This document shows, in pieces, positions 17,823 through 27,083 of a stretch of DNA of 64,000 nucleotides (its first letter is position 1; every line of letters starts with the position of its first letter). Source of the DNA: Thermoplasmata archaeon. GTDB taxonomy: Archaea; Thermoplasmatota; Thermoplasmata; Lutacidiplasmatales; UBA184. Location: positions 1,782 to 65,781 of the forward strand of contig JASHPZ010000022.1 of the NCBI GenBank assembly GCA_030037815.1. Direction: 5' to 3'. The notes beneath the pieces were generated by a model that was given only the letters and a program-made list of their open reading frames with translations, ran no database searches and was not told where the DNA came from. A program made the translations under genes and the position numbers.

Positions 17823-18245
17823 ATGTCGGCGTGGGGTGCTCCGTGGGTGTCGCGCAAGAAGCGAGGGTTGCGATCGTGGGTGCTCGTCATCCTCTCCCGT
17901 TCTCCCCGGACGGGGGCGGAGGTGATGGACGAGATGGAGCGGATGTCGTCCGGCTGGTGGCGGCCGTCTCCCGGCTCGGTGTATCCGCTGCTCGATGAGC
18001 TCACGCGGGAAGGGGTCACGCGGCGACGGGAGGACGGGCGCTTCGAGCTCATCGACTCCGGCATGAGCGGGGGCTCCTGGCACTTCGGGGCGCCGGGACC
18101 GCGGAGCGCGGCGGACGCGGTCCGCGAGCTCGGCGCGTTGACCGCCTATCTCGAGGACCTCGGGCGGGCCGACCCGAAGGCGCTCGGCGACACGCTCCCC
18201 GCGCTCCGCGCGACGGTCGAACGCCTTACAAGGCTGGCCCAGTGA
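17823..18245 (+). CDS. PadR-family transcriptional regulator.
   Basis: A winged-helix PadR signature is present (...GAEVMDEMERMSSGWWRPSPGSVYPLLDELTREGV...). It lies upstream of the ABC transporter, in the classic PadR-ABC arrangement. The second ATG was chosen because of the operator palindrome. Confidence 0.72.
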   Translation: MSAWGAPWVSRKKRGLRSWVLVILSRSPRTGAEVMDEMERMSSGWWRPSPGSVYPLLDELTREGVTRRREDGRFELIDSGMSGGSWHFGAPGPRSAADAVRELGALTAYLEDLGRADPKALGDTLPALRATVERLTRLAQ

Positions 18246-19276
18246 GGGGGTCGATGACGAGCACGGAAGCGATCCAGGTCACCGGCCTCTCCAAGACGTA
18301 CAACCAGACGGTGAAGGCCGTCGACCAGATCGCGTTCTCCGTCCACCCCGGCGAGGCGTTCGGGTTCCTCGGGCCGAACGGGGCGGGGAAGACCACGACC
18401 GTCGCGATGCTGACCGGACTTCTGCGGCCGACCGCGGGGACCGCGATCGTCGACGGGGTCGACGTCTTCGCGAACCCGACGCTCGTCAAGAAGAAGATCG
18501 GGCTCGTCTTCCAGGAGTCGACCGCCGACTCCGACCTCTCCGGACGCGAGAACCTCGAGCTCGCCGCGGCGCTGTTCGATGTCCCCCGAAGCGAGACCCG
18601 CGCGCGGGTCGACGGGCTTCTCGAGCGGATGCAGATCGGCGACGCCGCCGACCGCCTCACGAAGACGTACTCGGGCGGGATGCGCCGACGCCTCGAGCTC
18701 GCCGTCGGGATCATCCACTCGCCGGCCGTCCTGTTCCTCGACGAGCCGACGCTCGGCCTCGACCCGCAGGGCCGCGCCGGGTTCTGGCGGTACGTCCAGG
18801 AGCTCCGGAAGGAGCACGGGATGACCGTCTTCCTGACGACCCACTACCTCGACGAGGCGGACGGGATCTGCGACCGCCTCGCGATCATCGACCACGGCCA
18901 CATCGTCGCCACCGGTACCCCCTCCGAGCTGAAGGACCGCGTCGGCGGCGACGTCGTCACGATCCGACCGGCCCAGCCCGACCCGAAGGTCGAGACGGTC
19001 CTGGCCGCCGTCCCCGGTGTCCTGTCGGTCACCCCGCAGGACGGCGCCTACCGCGTGAAGTGTCCGAAGGGCGACGCCCTGATCCCCGTCCTGGTCGAGG
19101 CGTGCTACAAGGCCGGCTTCGGCCTCTCGGGCGTGTCGCTGAAGCGCCCGAGCCTGGACGAGGTGTTCCTCGAGTTCACCGGCCGCGAGTTCCGCGAGGA
19201 CGAGGGGGCGAGCGCGACCGACCGGGCGGTGCGGATCGGTCAGGTCGCCCAGGCGTTCGGGAGGGGCCGGCGATGA
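18242..19276 (+). CDS. ABC transporter ATP-binding protein (ABC-2/DrrA-like exporter ATPase).
   Basis: Walker A is GPNGAGKTT. The signature is YSGGMRRRL. Walker B is LFLDEPTLGLD. The H-loop is TTHYL. The start overlaps the PadR stop as GTGA. Confidence 0.9.
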   Translation: MRGSMTSTEAIQVTGLSKTYNQTVKAVDQIAFSVHPGEAFGFLGPNGAGKTTTVAMLTGLLRPTAGTAIVDGVDVFANPTLVKKKIGLVFQESTADSDLSGRENLELAAALFDVPRSETRARVDGLLERMQIGDAADRLTKTYSGGMRRRLELAVGIIHSPAVLFLDEPTLGLDPQGRAGFWRYVQELRKEHGMTVFLTTHYLDEADGICDRLAIIDHGHIVATGTPSELKDRVGGDVVTIRPAQPDPKVETVLAAVPGVLSVTPQDGAYRVKCPKGDALIPVLVEACYKAGFGLSGVSLKRPSLDEVFLEFTGREFREDEGASATDRAVRIGQVAQAFGRGRR

Positions 19277-20079
19277 TGCGCCAGCTGGTCGCCCTCACCC
19301 GTCGCGAGCTCCTGCGAATCGCCCGGAACCCCCAGGCGATCATCACGTCCTTGATGCTGCCGATCCTGTACCTCTTGCTGTTCGGCCAGGGGTTCAACTT
19401 CCCCTACCCGTCGTCCGACATCTCGGGCGCGCCGAACTACTTCAGCTACTTCGCGGCGGGAATGGCCGGGTTCGTGGCGGTCACCGCGACCCTCTTCCTT
19501 GGGGCGAACGTGATCTTCGACCGGCTGTTCGGTGTCCTGAAGCGGAACTCCGCGACCCCCGCCAGCGCGACTTCGATCTTCTCCTCCCGGCTCCTCGCCG
19601 GGTCGGTCCAGCCGATCGGGCTCGCGTTCCTGGTCCTCGGCCTCGCGGCGCTGCTCGGCCACCTCGGCCTCGCCGGCCTGACCGTGACCGCCTCGCTCGG
19701 CGTGGTCGGCGCGATCGAGATCGTCGCCGCGATCATCATCCTCTCCCTGATGTTCGCGTCCCTGTTCCTCGCGATCGGCTTCTCGCTGCAGCAGCCGCAG
19801 ACGTACTTCGCGGTCGTGAACGCGATCAACCTGCCGGTGCTCCTCACGTCGGCCGCGCTCTACCCGTTCGGGCGGCTGCCGTGGTGGCTCAAGAACATCG
19901 CGTCGTACAACCCGGTCACGCTCGCGGTGGAGGTGATCCGGCTCAACCTGTTCGCCGGGTCCGGCAGCTACTACACGTACACCGCGGGCGTCTACCTCGC
20001 CGGGCTCGGCGCGTGGGCCGTCGCGATGTTCGTGCTGGCCGTCCTGCTCGCGCGGCGCGCGCTCGCCCCGGCCAAGTAG
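19273..20079 (+). CDS. ABC-2 type transporter permease.
   Basis: ATGA overlap with the ATPase stop. The protein begins MMRQLVALTRRELLRIARNPQAII and has six predicted TM segments. Confidence 0.8.
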   Translation: MMRQLVALTRRELLRIARNPQAIITSLMLPILYLLLFGQGFNFPYPSSDISGAPNYFSYFAAGMAGFVAVTATLFLGANVIFDRLFGVLKRNSATPASATSIFSSRLLAGSVQPIGLAFLVLGLAALLGHLGLAGLTVTASLGVVGAIEIVAAIIILSLMFASLFLAIGFSLQQPQTYFAVVNAINLPVLLTSAALYPFGRLPWWLKNIASYNPVTLAVEVIRLNLFAGSGSYYTYTAGVYLAGLGAWAVAMFVLAVLLARRALAPAK

Positions 20080-20101
20080 GGGGCGCCGCGCGGACCTGGG
20101 C

Positions 20102-20611
20102 CTACGGGCGGCCGCCGTCGACCGCGCCCTTCTCGACGAACGGGCGCCACGCCTTCGCGTCGGCCGCGTAGTCGACCCGCTGGAGCTCGACCACGAACTC
20201 CTTCAAGAGCTCCGCCGGGCCCGGACGGACCGAGATCGTGTAGACGTAGATGCCGAACCCCATGAACTCTGTCACGCGGGCCAGGAGCGCTGGGAGGTCC
20301 GCGCGGGGGACCGTGACCCGGATCGACGTCTGGCCGAGCAGCGACGAGAACTCGTCCAGGTCGAACGGTCGTTCGAACGTGATCAGGGACGGCGGAGCGC
20401 CCGCCGGGCCCGCGGTTGGGAGCGGGGTCGCCGTCGGCGCGGGGGCGGAGGTCACGACGACCCGTCGGGGGGTCCCGAAGCCGGGGTCCTTCGGCGGGTA
20501 CTTCTCGAGCACCGGTGAGCCGTCGCGTCCGACAAACCCCTTCGTAGCCCGGGCGCGCGCGCGCGGCGCGGGTCGCTTCGGCGCGGAACGCTTCGACGGT
20601 CGCTTCGCCAT
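20102..20611 (-). CDS. Hypothetical protein with a basic N-terminus (MAKRPSKRSAPKRP...) and a conserved-looking C-terminal domain.
   Basis: Only the C-terminal 169 aa of ORF 20102..22318 have protein-like composition. That region includes ...LITFERPFDLDEFSSLLGQTSIRVTVP...FGIYVYTISVRPGPAELLKEF.... The rest is antisense to the radical-SAM gene. Confidence 0.45.
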   Translation of the reverse strand: MAKRPSKRSAPKRPAPRARARATKGFVGRDGSPVLEKYPPKDPGFGTPRRVVVTSAPAPTATPLPTAGPAGAPPSLITFERPFDLDEFSSLLGQTSIRVTVPRADLPALLARVTEFMGFGIYVYTISVRPGPAELLKEFVVELQRVDYAADAKAWRPFVEKGAVDGGRP

Positions 20612-20845
20612 GCGGGCGCCGGAAGGCGCTCGGTCCATAAGGGTTCGGCGCGCTCCCGCCGCAATCTCGGGCGCGGAAATTCGGCGATATACGGCGCTTG
20701 TAGCGAAGCGGACCGTGCGACTCCACGTCACGGTCCCGTCGGTTTGTCGCGTCCCCGACGACAGATGGATTATGTAGGTAGGGGTGGGTGGGCCGTGTAA
20801 GGCTCCGACCGGAACGGGACGGAGTCCAAGGAATGAGGTAAGAAC

Positions 20846-22555
20846 ATGCCGGCCCGTGTCATGAAGGACTTTCAGGCGCCCCGGGGACTGCCGCGCAAGA
20901 CCGCCTCGGTCTGCCCCGAGTGCATCAAGGTGATCCCGGCGGTCGTCCGCGAGAAGGACGGCCGGGTCATCATGGAGAAGACGTGCCGCTCGCACGGCTA
21001 CTTCTGGGACATCATCTCGAACGACGTCGACTTCTACCTCCGCATGGAGGTCTACGCGCACGACGGCGTCGGCTACGAGAACCCGTACTACGACAAGTTC
21101 ATCGGCTGCCCGACGACGTGCGGGATGTGCAGCCACCACAAGTCGCACACCGGCCTCGCGCTGGTCGACCTGACCAACCGCTGCAACCTGAAGTGCCCGG
21201 TCTGTTTCGCGAACGCCAACGCGGCCGGCTACGTCTTCGAGCCGACCCGCGAGCAGATCCACTTCATGCTGAAGACCCTCCGGGAGCAGAAGCCGGTGGG
21301 GACGGTCGCGGTCCAGTTCTCGGGCGGCGAGCCGACCCTCTCTCCGCTCTTCCTGGACGCGGTCTCGATGGCCCGTGACCTGGGCTTCAAGCAGGTCCAG
21401 GTCGCGACCAACGGGATCCGGGTCGCGAACGAGCCCGGCTTCGCCCAGCAGTGCCGGGACTCGGGGCTCCACACGCTCTACCTCCAGTTCGATGGCCTGG
21501 ACGAGGAGATCTACCGGAAGGTCCGTGGCGTGCCGCTCCTCAAGGTGAAGCAGAAGGCGATCCAGGCGGCGCGCGAGACCCACTCGCCGGCGACCGAGCT
21601 CGCCGCGGGGAAGCCCGACAAGCCGCTCTCGGTCGTGCTCGTCCCGACGCTGGTCGGCGGGTTCAACGAGAAGGAGATCTGGCCGACGGTGAAGTTCGCG
21701 ATCGACAACATCGACGTCGTCCGCGGCGTCAACTTCCAGCCGGTCGCCCTGACCGCGCGGATCCCCGACAAGGACCGGTTCCAGATGCGGTTCACCCAGT
21801 CGGACCTCGTCCGGATCCTCTGCACGGAGGGCCCGTTCGACAAGTCGGACTTCTTCCCGGTGCCGTCGGTCGCTCCGATCTCGGAGCTCGTGTCGATCAT
21901 CCACGGCGAGGAGAAGATGACCCTCACGACCCACCCCGGCTGCGGGTGCGCGACGTTCGCCTTCATCTCGAAGGACGGGCAGAAGATCACCCCGCTGCCG
22001 CGGTTCATGGACGTCGACGGGTTCTTCGAGAACGTCGAGTCGATGATCGAGAAGTACCGGGACGCGCGGTTCGCGCGGGTCCGGACGGCCGTCGCGGGCG
22101 CCCGCCTGCTCCACGACGTCGCGAAGTATTTCGACTTCTCGAAGGCGCCGGAAGGCCTGAACGAGAAGAACTGCGTCAAGGTGATTGCGGGGATCTTCAC
22201 CGAGGGCAACAAGGAGGCGCTCGCGAAGTTCACGTGGCGCACGCTCTACATCGGGAACATGCACTTCCAGGACGCGTACGACTACGACATCCAGCGCCTG
22301 ATGCGCTGCGATATCCACTACGCGGTTCCGGACGGGCGCGTCATCCCGTTCTGCTCGTACAACTCGGGCCCGATCTACCGGACGGAGGTCGAGCAGAAGT
22401 TCTCGATCCCGATCCCGGACTGGCAGGCCGCGAAGCGCTCCGGCGGCACCCCGCTCAAGACCATCGAGACGATGGGCGTGAACGGCGAGGTCGTCGTGGA
22501 CGCCGAGTACTACAAGATCCGGGCGCTCAAGGGCGCGCCGGGCATGTCGACCTAA
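20846..22555 (+). CDS. Large radical SAM enzyme with an N-terminal Cys4/rubredoxin-like ribbon and extra C-terminal Cys motifs. It may be a tetraether lipid synthase (Tes/GDGT-MAS)-like enzyme.
   Basis: CNLKCPVCF is the CxxxCxxC radical-SAM cluster motif. The N-terminus has CPECIKV...KTCRSHG. The C-terminus has HPGCGCATF and RCDIHY...FCSYNSG. The protein is 569 aa. A GAGGT ribosome-binding site lies 7 nt upstream of the ATG. Confidence 0.8.
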   Translation: MPARVMKDFQAPRGLPRKTASVCPECIKVIPAVVREKDGRVIMEKTCRSHGYFWDIISNDVDFYLRMEVYAHDGVGYENPYYDKFIGCPTTCGMCSHHKSHTGLALVDLTNRCNLKCPVCFANANAAGYVFEPTREQIHFMLKTLREQKPVGTVAVQFSGGEPTLSPLFLDAVSMARDLGFKQVQVATNGIRVANEPGFAQQCRDSGLHTLYLQFDGLDEEIYRKVRGVPLLKVKQKAIQAARETHSPATELAAGKPDKPLSVVLVPTLVGGFNEKEIWPTVKFAIDNIDVVRGVNFQPVALTARIPDKDRFQMRFTQSDLVRILCTEGPFDKSDFFPVPSVAPISELVSIIHGEEKMTLTTHPGCGCATFAFISKDGQKITPLPRFMDVDGFFENVESMIEKYRDARFARVRTAVAGARLLHDVAKYFDFSKAPEGLNEKNCVKVIAGIFTEGNKEALAKFTWRTLYIGNMHFQDAYDYDIQRLMRCDIHYAVPDGRVIPFCSYNSGPIYRTEVEQKFSIPIPDWQAAKRSGGTPLKTIETMGVNGEVVVDAEYYKIRALKGAPGMST

Positions 22556-22610
22556 GCGGCTCGGGTTCCCCCGGACCGAACCTCTTCCTTCCGACCTTTT
22601 TCGAGCCCGC

Positions 22611-23033
22611 TCAGGCGCGCACCAGCACCTGACCGGCCGCGCGGATCGCGCGGGCGGTCGACCGGGCGGTCAGCGCACCGACTTGGCGGTCGACCTCCGC
22701 CCACACCGCGGGAAAGTCCACCGCCTCGACGCGCCCCCCGAGCGGTCGGGCGTCGGGGTGGGCCGGGAGCCAGCGGGTCGCCGCTTCGACGTGCTTGCAC
22801 GTCCCGAGGTCCCGCCGCGCGAAGTCGGTGCACGTGCAGAGGGCGACCCCGGCCCGGGGGTACCCCGGCATCAGGACGAGGTAGGCGGTCCCGTGGAGCG
22901 GGTTGCGGACCTCGAGGCGGAGGAACGGCTCGCGCGCGACCAGGCGGACGTCCAGCGGCTCCTCGAGCGCGCGGGTCCGCCGCTCCCGGACGGCGTCCCG
23001 GTCGTCCGCGTTCCGTCGGGGGACGGTCGGCAT
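22611..23033 (-). CDS. Small SWIM zinc-finger domain protein.
   Basis: The C-terminal 140 aa of ORF 22611..23669 carry CTCTDFARRDLGTCKH, a CxCx(n)CxH SWIM signature. Confidence 0.5.
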   Translation of the reverse strand: MPTVPRRNADDRDAVRERRTRALEEPLDVRLVAREPFLRLEVRNPLHGTAYLVLMPGYPRAGVALCTCTDFARRDLGTCKHVEAATRWLPAHPDARPLGGRVEAVDFPAVWAEVDRQVGALTARSTARAIRAAGQVLVRA

Positions 23034-23193
23034 CGCCCCGGCGCGAGCCGTCGGGCGCACTTGAGCGCGTCCGCATTGGAGAAACGTAGTTAATGCGGGG
23101 CCGCGTCCCCGGGTCCGATGCCCTTTGGAACGGGGCCGGCCCCGCGCCGCGCGCCCGTCCGGTGAGGGCCGGGAGCACCGACCGGGAACGCCT

Positions 23194-24507
23194 GTGGACG
23201 CGACGACCCTCTTCCTCGTGGGCCTCTTCCTCCTGGTCGCCCTCGCGGTCCTCGCCGGCGAGATCGCGAGCCGGCTCGGCCAGGCCGCGCTGGTCGGGCA
23301 GCTCCTGGTCGGCGTGATCCTCGGCCCGAGCCTCCTCGGCGGACCGCTCGGTCTGAACACGCTCACCGCCCAGTTCGCGCCGATCAACGTCCTCGCGACG
23401 TTCCTGATCCTGATGCTGGCCGGGCTCAGCGTCACGCCCGACCAGATCCGGGCGACCGGACTCTCGGCGGGACTCCTCGGCGCAGCGATCTTCCTCGTGC
23501 CGTTCTTCGCCGGCGCGGCGCTCGTCCACGTCCTGTTCCCGACGATCCCGTGGCTGACGGGGCTGTTCATCGCGCTGACGATGTCGATCACCGCGCTCCC
23601 CGTGCTCGCGATCATGCTGCGCGAGTTCGGCCTCCTCGAGAGCCGGTTCGGGTCGTTCCTCCTGAACACCTCGGTCGTGAACGAGCTCGCCGCCGTCTCG
23701 GCGTTCGCGGTCCTCCTCCGTATCCGCGCCGGCTCCGACGCGCCCGGGGTCGACGCGGCGATCGCGATCCTGACGGTCGCCGTCTTCCTCGGGACGGTGC
23801 TGTCGATCCACTACATCCTCCGCGTCCTCCGCCACGTCCAGGTGTGGGACCGGCTGGTCGCGCGATTCCGCGCCAACTGGCGTTCGCGGGAGGCGTGGTT
23901 CGCGATCCTGATGGTGGTCGGCCTCGGCGCGGCGCTCTATTCGCAGTTCCTGGGCCTCACGTTCCTGGTCGGCGCCTTCTACGCGGGGCTCTTGATCACG
24001 CCCGAGAGCGCGGGGAAGCGCCAGCACCGCCAGATCACGCAGACGTTCAACATCCTCACCTGGGGGTTCTTCATCCCGTTCTTTTTCGCCTACGTCGGCT
24101 TCGAGATGAACCTCGAGACGCTCGGGTCGAACTGGGAGTTCCTCGCCGGGTTCATCGCGCTCGCGATCTTCGCGTTCTTCTCGAAGCTGTTCGTCGGGAC
24201 CGCGGTCACCCGCGTCCTCGGGTGGTCGCCGACCGAGTCGCTTTGCGCGGGATTCCTCGTCTCGAGCCGCGGCGCGGTCGAGCTCGCGATGGCCGTCATC
24301 CTCCTCTCGGACGGCGTGTTCACGACCCAGATCTTCACGATGGTCGCCGCGGTCGGCCTGATCACGACCCTCCTCGCCCCGATCGGCGCCCGCCCGTTCG
24401 TCCGGACGATCACGGACGAGCGGCGCCAGCAGGAGGAGGAGGCCCGGCGGTCGGCGATCGAGGTCCCGCCCGGGTTCCACCGGCTCCCGGACGACCCCGT
24501 GCCGTAG
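23194..24507 (+). CDS. Cation:proton antiporter (CPA1/CPA2 Na+/H+ exchanger family).
   Basis: GTG start. The protein has 12-13 TM segments. Family-typical GxxxG-rich helices are present (LVGQLLVGVILGPSLLG...). Confidence 0.8.
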   Translation: MDATTLFLVGLFLLVALAVLAGEIASRLGQAALVGQLLVGVILGPSLLGGPLGLNTLTAQFAPINVLATFLILMLAGLSVTPDQIRATGLSAGLLGAAIFLVPFFAGAALVHVLFPTIPWLTGLFIALTMSITALPVLAIMLREFGLLESRFGSFLLNTSVVNELAAVSAFAVLLRIRAGSDAPGVDAAIAILTVAVFLGTVLSIHYILRVLRHVQVWDRLVARFRANWRSREAWFAILMVVGLGAALYSQFLGLTFLVGAFYAGLLITPESAGKRQHRQITQTFNILTWGFFIPFFFAYVGFEMNLETLGSNWEFLAGFIALAIFAFFSKLFVGTAVTRVLGWSPTESLCAGFLVSSRGAVELAMAVILLSDGVFTTQIFTMVAAVGLITTLLAPIGARPFVRTITDERRQQEEEARRSAIEVPPGFHRLPDDPVP

Positions 24508-24552
24508 CCGGCGCCCGGCACGGTTATCTCCCCGGCCCCCGGTCGGCCGAAG

Positions 24553-24783
24553 GTGTCCGGCGACCCGGCGACCCCGCGGCGTCGGCGCGGGGGCGGTCCG
24601 CGACTGACCCGCATCCAGAAGATCGGCGTCGGACTCCTCCTGACCCTCGTGGGGCTGTTCCTCCTCGCGGTGCTCCTGCCGACCGCCCCCGGCGCCCAGG
24701 CGCGGGTGCTCCCCGCGGCGGCGCTCGGCATCCTCGCGCTCTGGGTCGGCGGCGTCCTGATGGGCGTCGGCAGCCGCTCGTAG
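24553..24783 (+). CDS. Small two-TM membrane protein, hypothetical.
   Basis: The ORF is 76 aa with a basic N-terminus and two hydrophobic helices. Confidence 0.3.
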   Translation: MSGDPATPRRRRGGGPRLTRIQKIGVGLLLTLVGLFLLAVLLPTAPGAQARVLPAAALGILALWVGGVLMGVGSRS

Positions 24784-24790
24784 TCCGTCG

Positions 24791-25441
24791 ATGCCGTCGC
24801 TGCCCTGGGGCCTCGTCACGTTCGACCTCGACGGGACGCTGACGCTCGGCCACGGCTGGCGCCCGATCGCCGCGGCGTTCGACCGCATGGAGGAGTTCGA
24901 CGCGACCCAGCGCAAGTTCGTCGCCCGGACGATCGGGGAGGACGAGCACCTCGCGGAACTCCTCGACCTCGCCCGGGGCCGCACGGTCGCGGAGGTCCTC
25001 CACGTCGTCGCGGCGACCCCGCGGCTGGCCGGCCTGGGCGAGGGGCTGGCCGAGCTCCGACGGGCGGGGGTCCGGTCGGCCGTCCTCTCGCACAACCCCG
25101 ACTACGTGGTCGACTGGTACCGCGCCACGTTCGGGTTCGACGACGCCGAGGGGGTGGCGGTCCCGCGGGAGCCCGACGGCCGGATCGGCCGGGCGGGCCG
25201 GATCCGGGCCGACAAGCCGGCCGGCCTTGCCCGGCTCGCCGGCCGGGCCGGCGTCGGCCTCGGTTCGGTCGTGCACGTCGGGGACGGCTGGGCGGACGCC
25301 GCGCTCTTCCCGCTGGTCGGCGGAGCGGTCGCGGTCAACTCGCGCCTTCCCGAGGTCGAGCGGGCCGCCGACCGCGCGGTCCACACGCGCGACTTCTCGG
25401 ACGTGGTGGCGGCGGTCCTCTCCCTCCCGCCCCGGCCGTGA
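24791..25441 (+). CDS. HAD-superfamily hydrolase (subfamily IB / phosphoserine-phosphatase-like).
   Basis: Motif I is FDLDGTLT. The C-terminus carries ...VHVGDGWADAALF. Confidence 0.8.
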   Translation: MPSLPWGLVTFDLDGTLTLGHGWRPIAAAFDRMEEFDATQRKFVARTIGEDEHLAELLDLARGRTVAEVLHVVAATPRLAGLGEGLAELRRAGVRSAVLSHNPDYVVDWYRATFGFDDAEGVAVPREPDGRIGRAGRIRADKPAGLARLAGRAGVGLGSVVHVGDGWADAALFPLVGGAVAVNSRLPEVERAADRAVHTRDFSDVVAAVLSLPPRP

Positions 25442-25444
25442 ACG

Positions 25445-26074
25445 GTGCCCCGTTCCGAACAGGAATCTTATACCGAGCTCCGCGTTCGCCGCGCGATGGA
25501 GTATGTCATCGTCCGGGCCACGCACCCGACGTGGCTGACGATGCAGCTCCCGGCCGAGGTCGCCGACCTGATCCGGTACCATCCGGAAGACGGCCCACAG
25601 CGGGAGGCGAGCCGGTCGGTGTCGTTCCTCGCGCGCGGGGCGGGGGTCGCGCGGGTCATCGCGACCTACCCGGCCCGCGAGGCGCTGGCGGTCGAGACGG
25701 TGCGGAACCGGCTGATCGCCACGGCCCGGCCGGGCGACCGGCTCCTGTTCACGCTGCCGGCCCCGGTCGTCCAGCACCTGGCGCTGCAAGTGTACTCCCG
25801 GGGGCCGCACCTGCGCGGGACGGACGATTCCCTCGTCTGGTTCGTGCCGGCGCCCGAGTACTACGAGTACCGCTCGGTCGTCGCCGCCGGCAAGCGGTGG
25901 GCGGCCCCCGCGAGCGGCCCGTTCGCGCACGTCTACGTCACGAAATCGCTCGTCCCGTTCCCGCGGGAGATGGCGAACTTGGCCGAGCACGACTTCCGCA
26001 TCGAGGAGGAGGAGTGGACCCCCGCGGTCGAGGCCCTCCAGCGCGTCGGCGCACGGCGGCGGGTCGTGCTCTAA
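25445..26074 (+). CDS. Hypothetical protein.
   Basis: The ORF is 209 aa with protein-like composition. The start may be the internal ATG (MEYVIVRATHP...). I recognise no family. Confidence 0.4.
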   Translation: MPRSEQESYTELRVRRAMEYVIVRATHPTWLTMQLPAEVADLIRYHPEDGPQREASRSVSFLARGAGVARVIATYPAREALAVETVRNRLIATARPGDRLLFTLPAPVVQHLALQVYSRGPHLRGTDDSLVWFVPAPEYYEYRSVVAAGKRWAAPASGPFAHVYVTKSLVPFPREMANLAEHDFRIEEEEWTPAVEALQRVGARRRVVL

Positions 26075-26142
26075 CCCCCCCGAAATTGCCGCCGCAAGTT
26101 CGTTAAGCGGAGGCCCGGTAGGTCGGGGCGAGGGGACGGAGG

Positions 26143-26934
26143 GTGAGCGGGGAACACCGGACCGGCCGGAAGCCGAAACGGCTCTACGCGCGGGTGATGC
26201 GGGTCGACCCGTCCGGAACCCCCGACCTGCCCGGTTCGAGCGCGATCCGCGGGTTCGTCGCCGGCTTCGACCGCTCCGGGCGCCTGGTCGCCCACGGCGA
26301 CCTGACGCACCCGGACGGCGACCTCCTCATCTTCCGGGCCGACGACCGCGACCAGGCCGACCGGCTCCTCCGCACCGACCCCCTGCGGGACGTGGTCGGG
26401 ACCTCCTACACGGTCCTCGAGTGGAAGGCGGGCGAGCTCGGGGCGGGCGTCAACCTGGACCCTCCGCCGGCGCTCGGTTCCGGACGCCTCACCCTCCTGA
26501 AGCGGGTCACCGTGGTGGTGCGCGACCAGGAGCGGGCGGTCGAGTGGTACCGGGAGGTGCTCGGCCTCTCGGTGATCGGGCAGGACCCCGAGACCCACTT
26601 CGTCGAGCTGGCCCTCGGCAAGGGGACGGCGGCGATCTCCCTGGTCGCGCCCGACCGGGCCTGGGGCGAACCCCACTACACCGAGGCCCTCTCCCGCATC
26701 GGCACCCCGACGGGCATCTGCTTCGAGACCGACAGCGTGACCGCGTTCGAGCTGCGGCTCCGCCACGCGGGGGCGCGGATCACCGCCCCCCCGGAGCGCC
26801 AGCCGTGGGGGGAGCGCTCCCTCCGGTTCACCGACCCCGACGGCAACGAGTTCCTGGCCTGCGAGCGGGAGGGGTGGAAGCCCCCCCGGCCGCCCGGACG
26901 CCCCCGCCTCCACCCCGTCGAGGCGGACGAATAA
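26143..26934 (+). CDS. Fusion protein: an N-terminal YciI-like domain plus a C-terminal VOC (glyoxalase/bleomycin-resistance/dioxygenase) domain.
   Basis: The N-terminal part is YciI-like (...VAHGDLTHPDGDLLIFRADDRDQADRLL...). The C-terminal part is VOC-like (HFVELALG...ISLVAP...ICFETDS...FTDPDGNEF). Confidence 0.6.
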   Translation: MSGEHRTGRKPKRLYARVMRVDPSGTPDLPGSSAIRGFVAGFDRSGRLVAHGDLTHPDGDLLIFRADDRDQADRLLRTDPLRDVVGTSYTVLEWKAGELGAGVNLDPPPALGSGRLTLLKRVTVVVRDQERAVEWYREVLGLSVIGQDPETHFVELALGKGTAAISLVAPDRAWGEPHYTEALSRIGTPTGICFETDSVTAFELRLRHAGARITAPPERQPWGERSLRFTDPDGNEFLACEREGWKPPRPPGRPRLHPVEADE

Positions 26935-27046
26935 CCTCCCGTCGGGAGGGGTCGAACGGGGCGGCCGGTCCCTGACGGAGAACCGGCCCCGTCTCCCCGA
27001 AGGATTACGGGGGTCCCGGAGGGCACCGGAACTCCCGATTTTTTAC

Positions 27047-27079
27047 GAATCTATTTATAGGGACCCCTCCGATAGATTC
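27047..27079. promoter_or_regulatory. Archaeal promoter for a leaderless transcript. A TTTATAG TATA box lies about 27 nt upstream of the ATG at 27084, bracketed by an 8-bp inverted repeat (GAATCTAT ... ATAGATTC).
   Basis: Read from the sequence (...ttttacGAATCTATTTATAGggacccctccgATAGATTCgggcATG). Confidence 0.4.
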
Positions 27080-27083
27080 GGGC

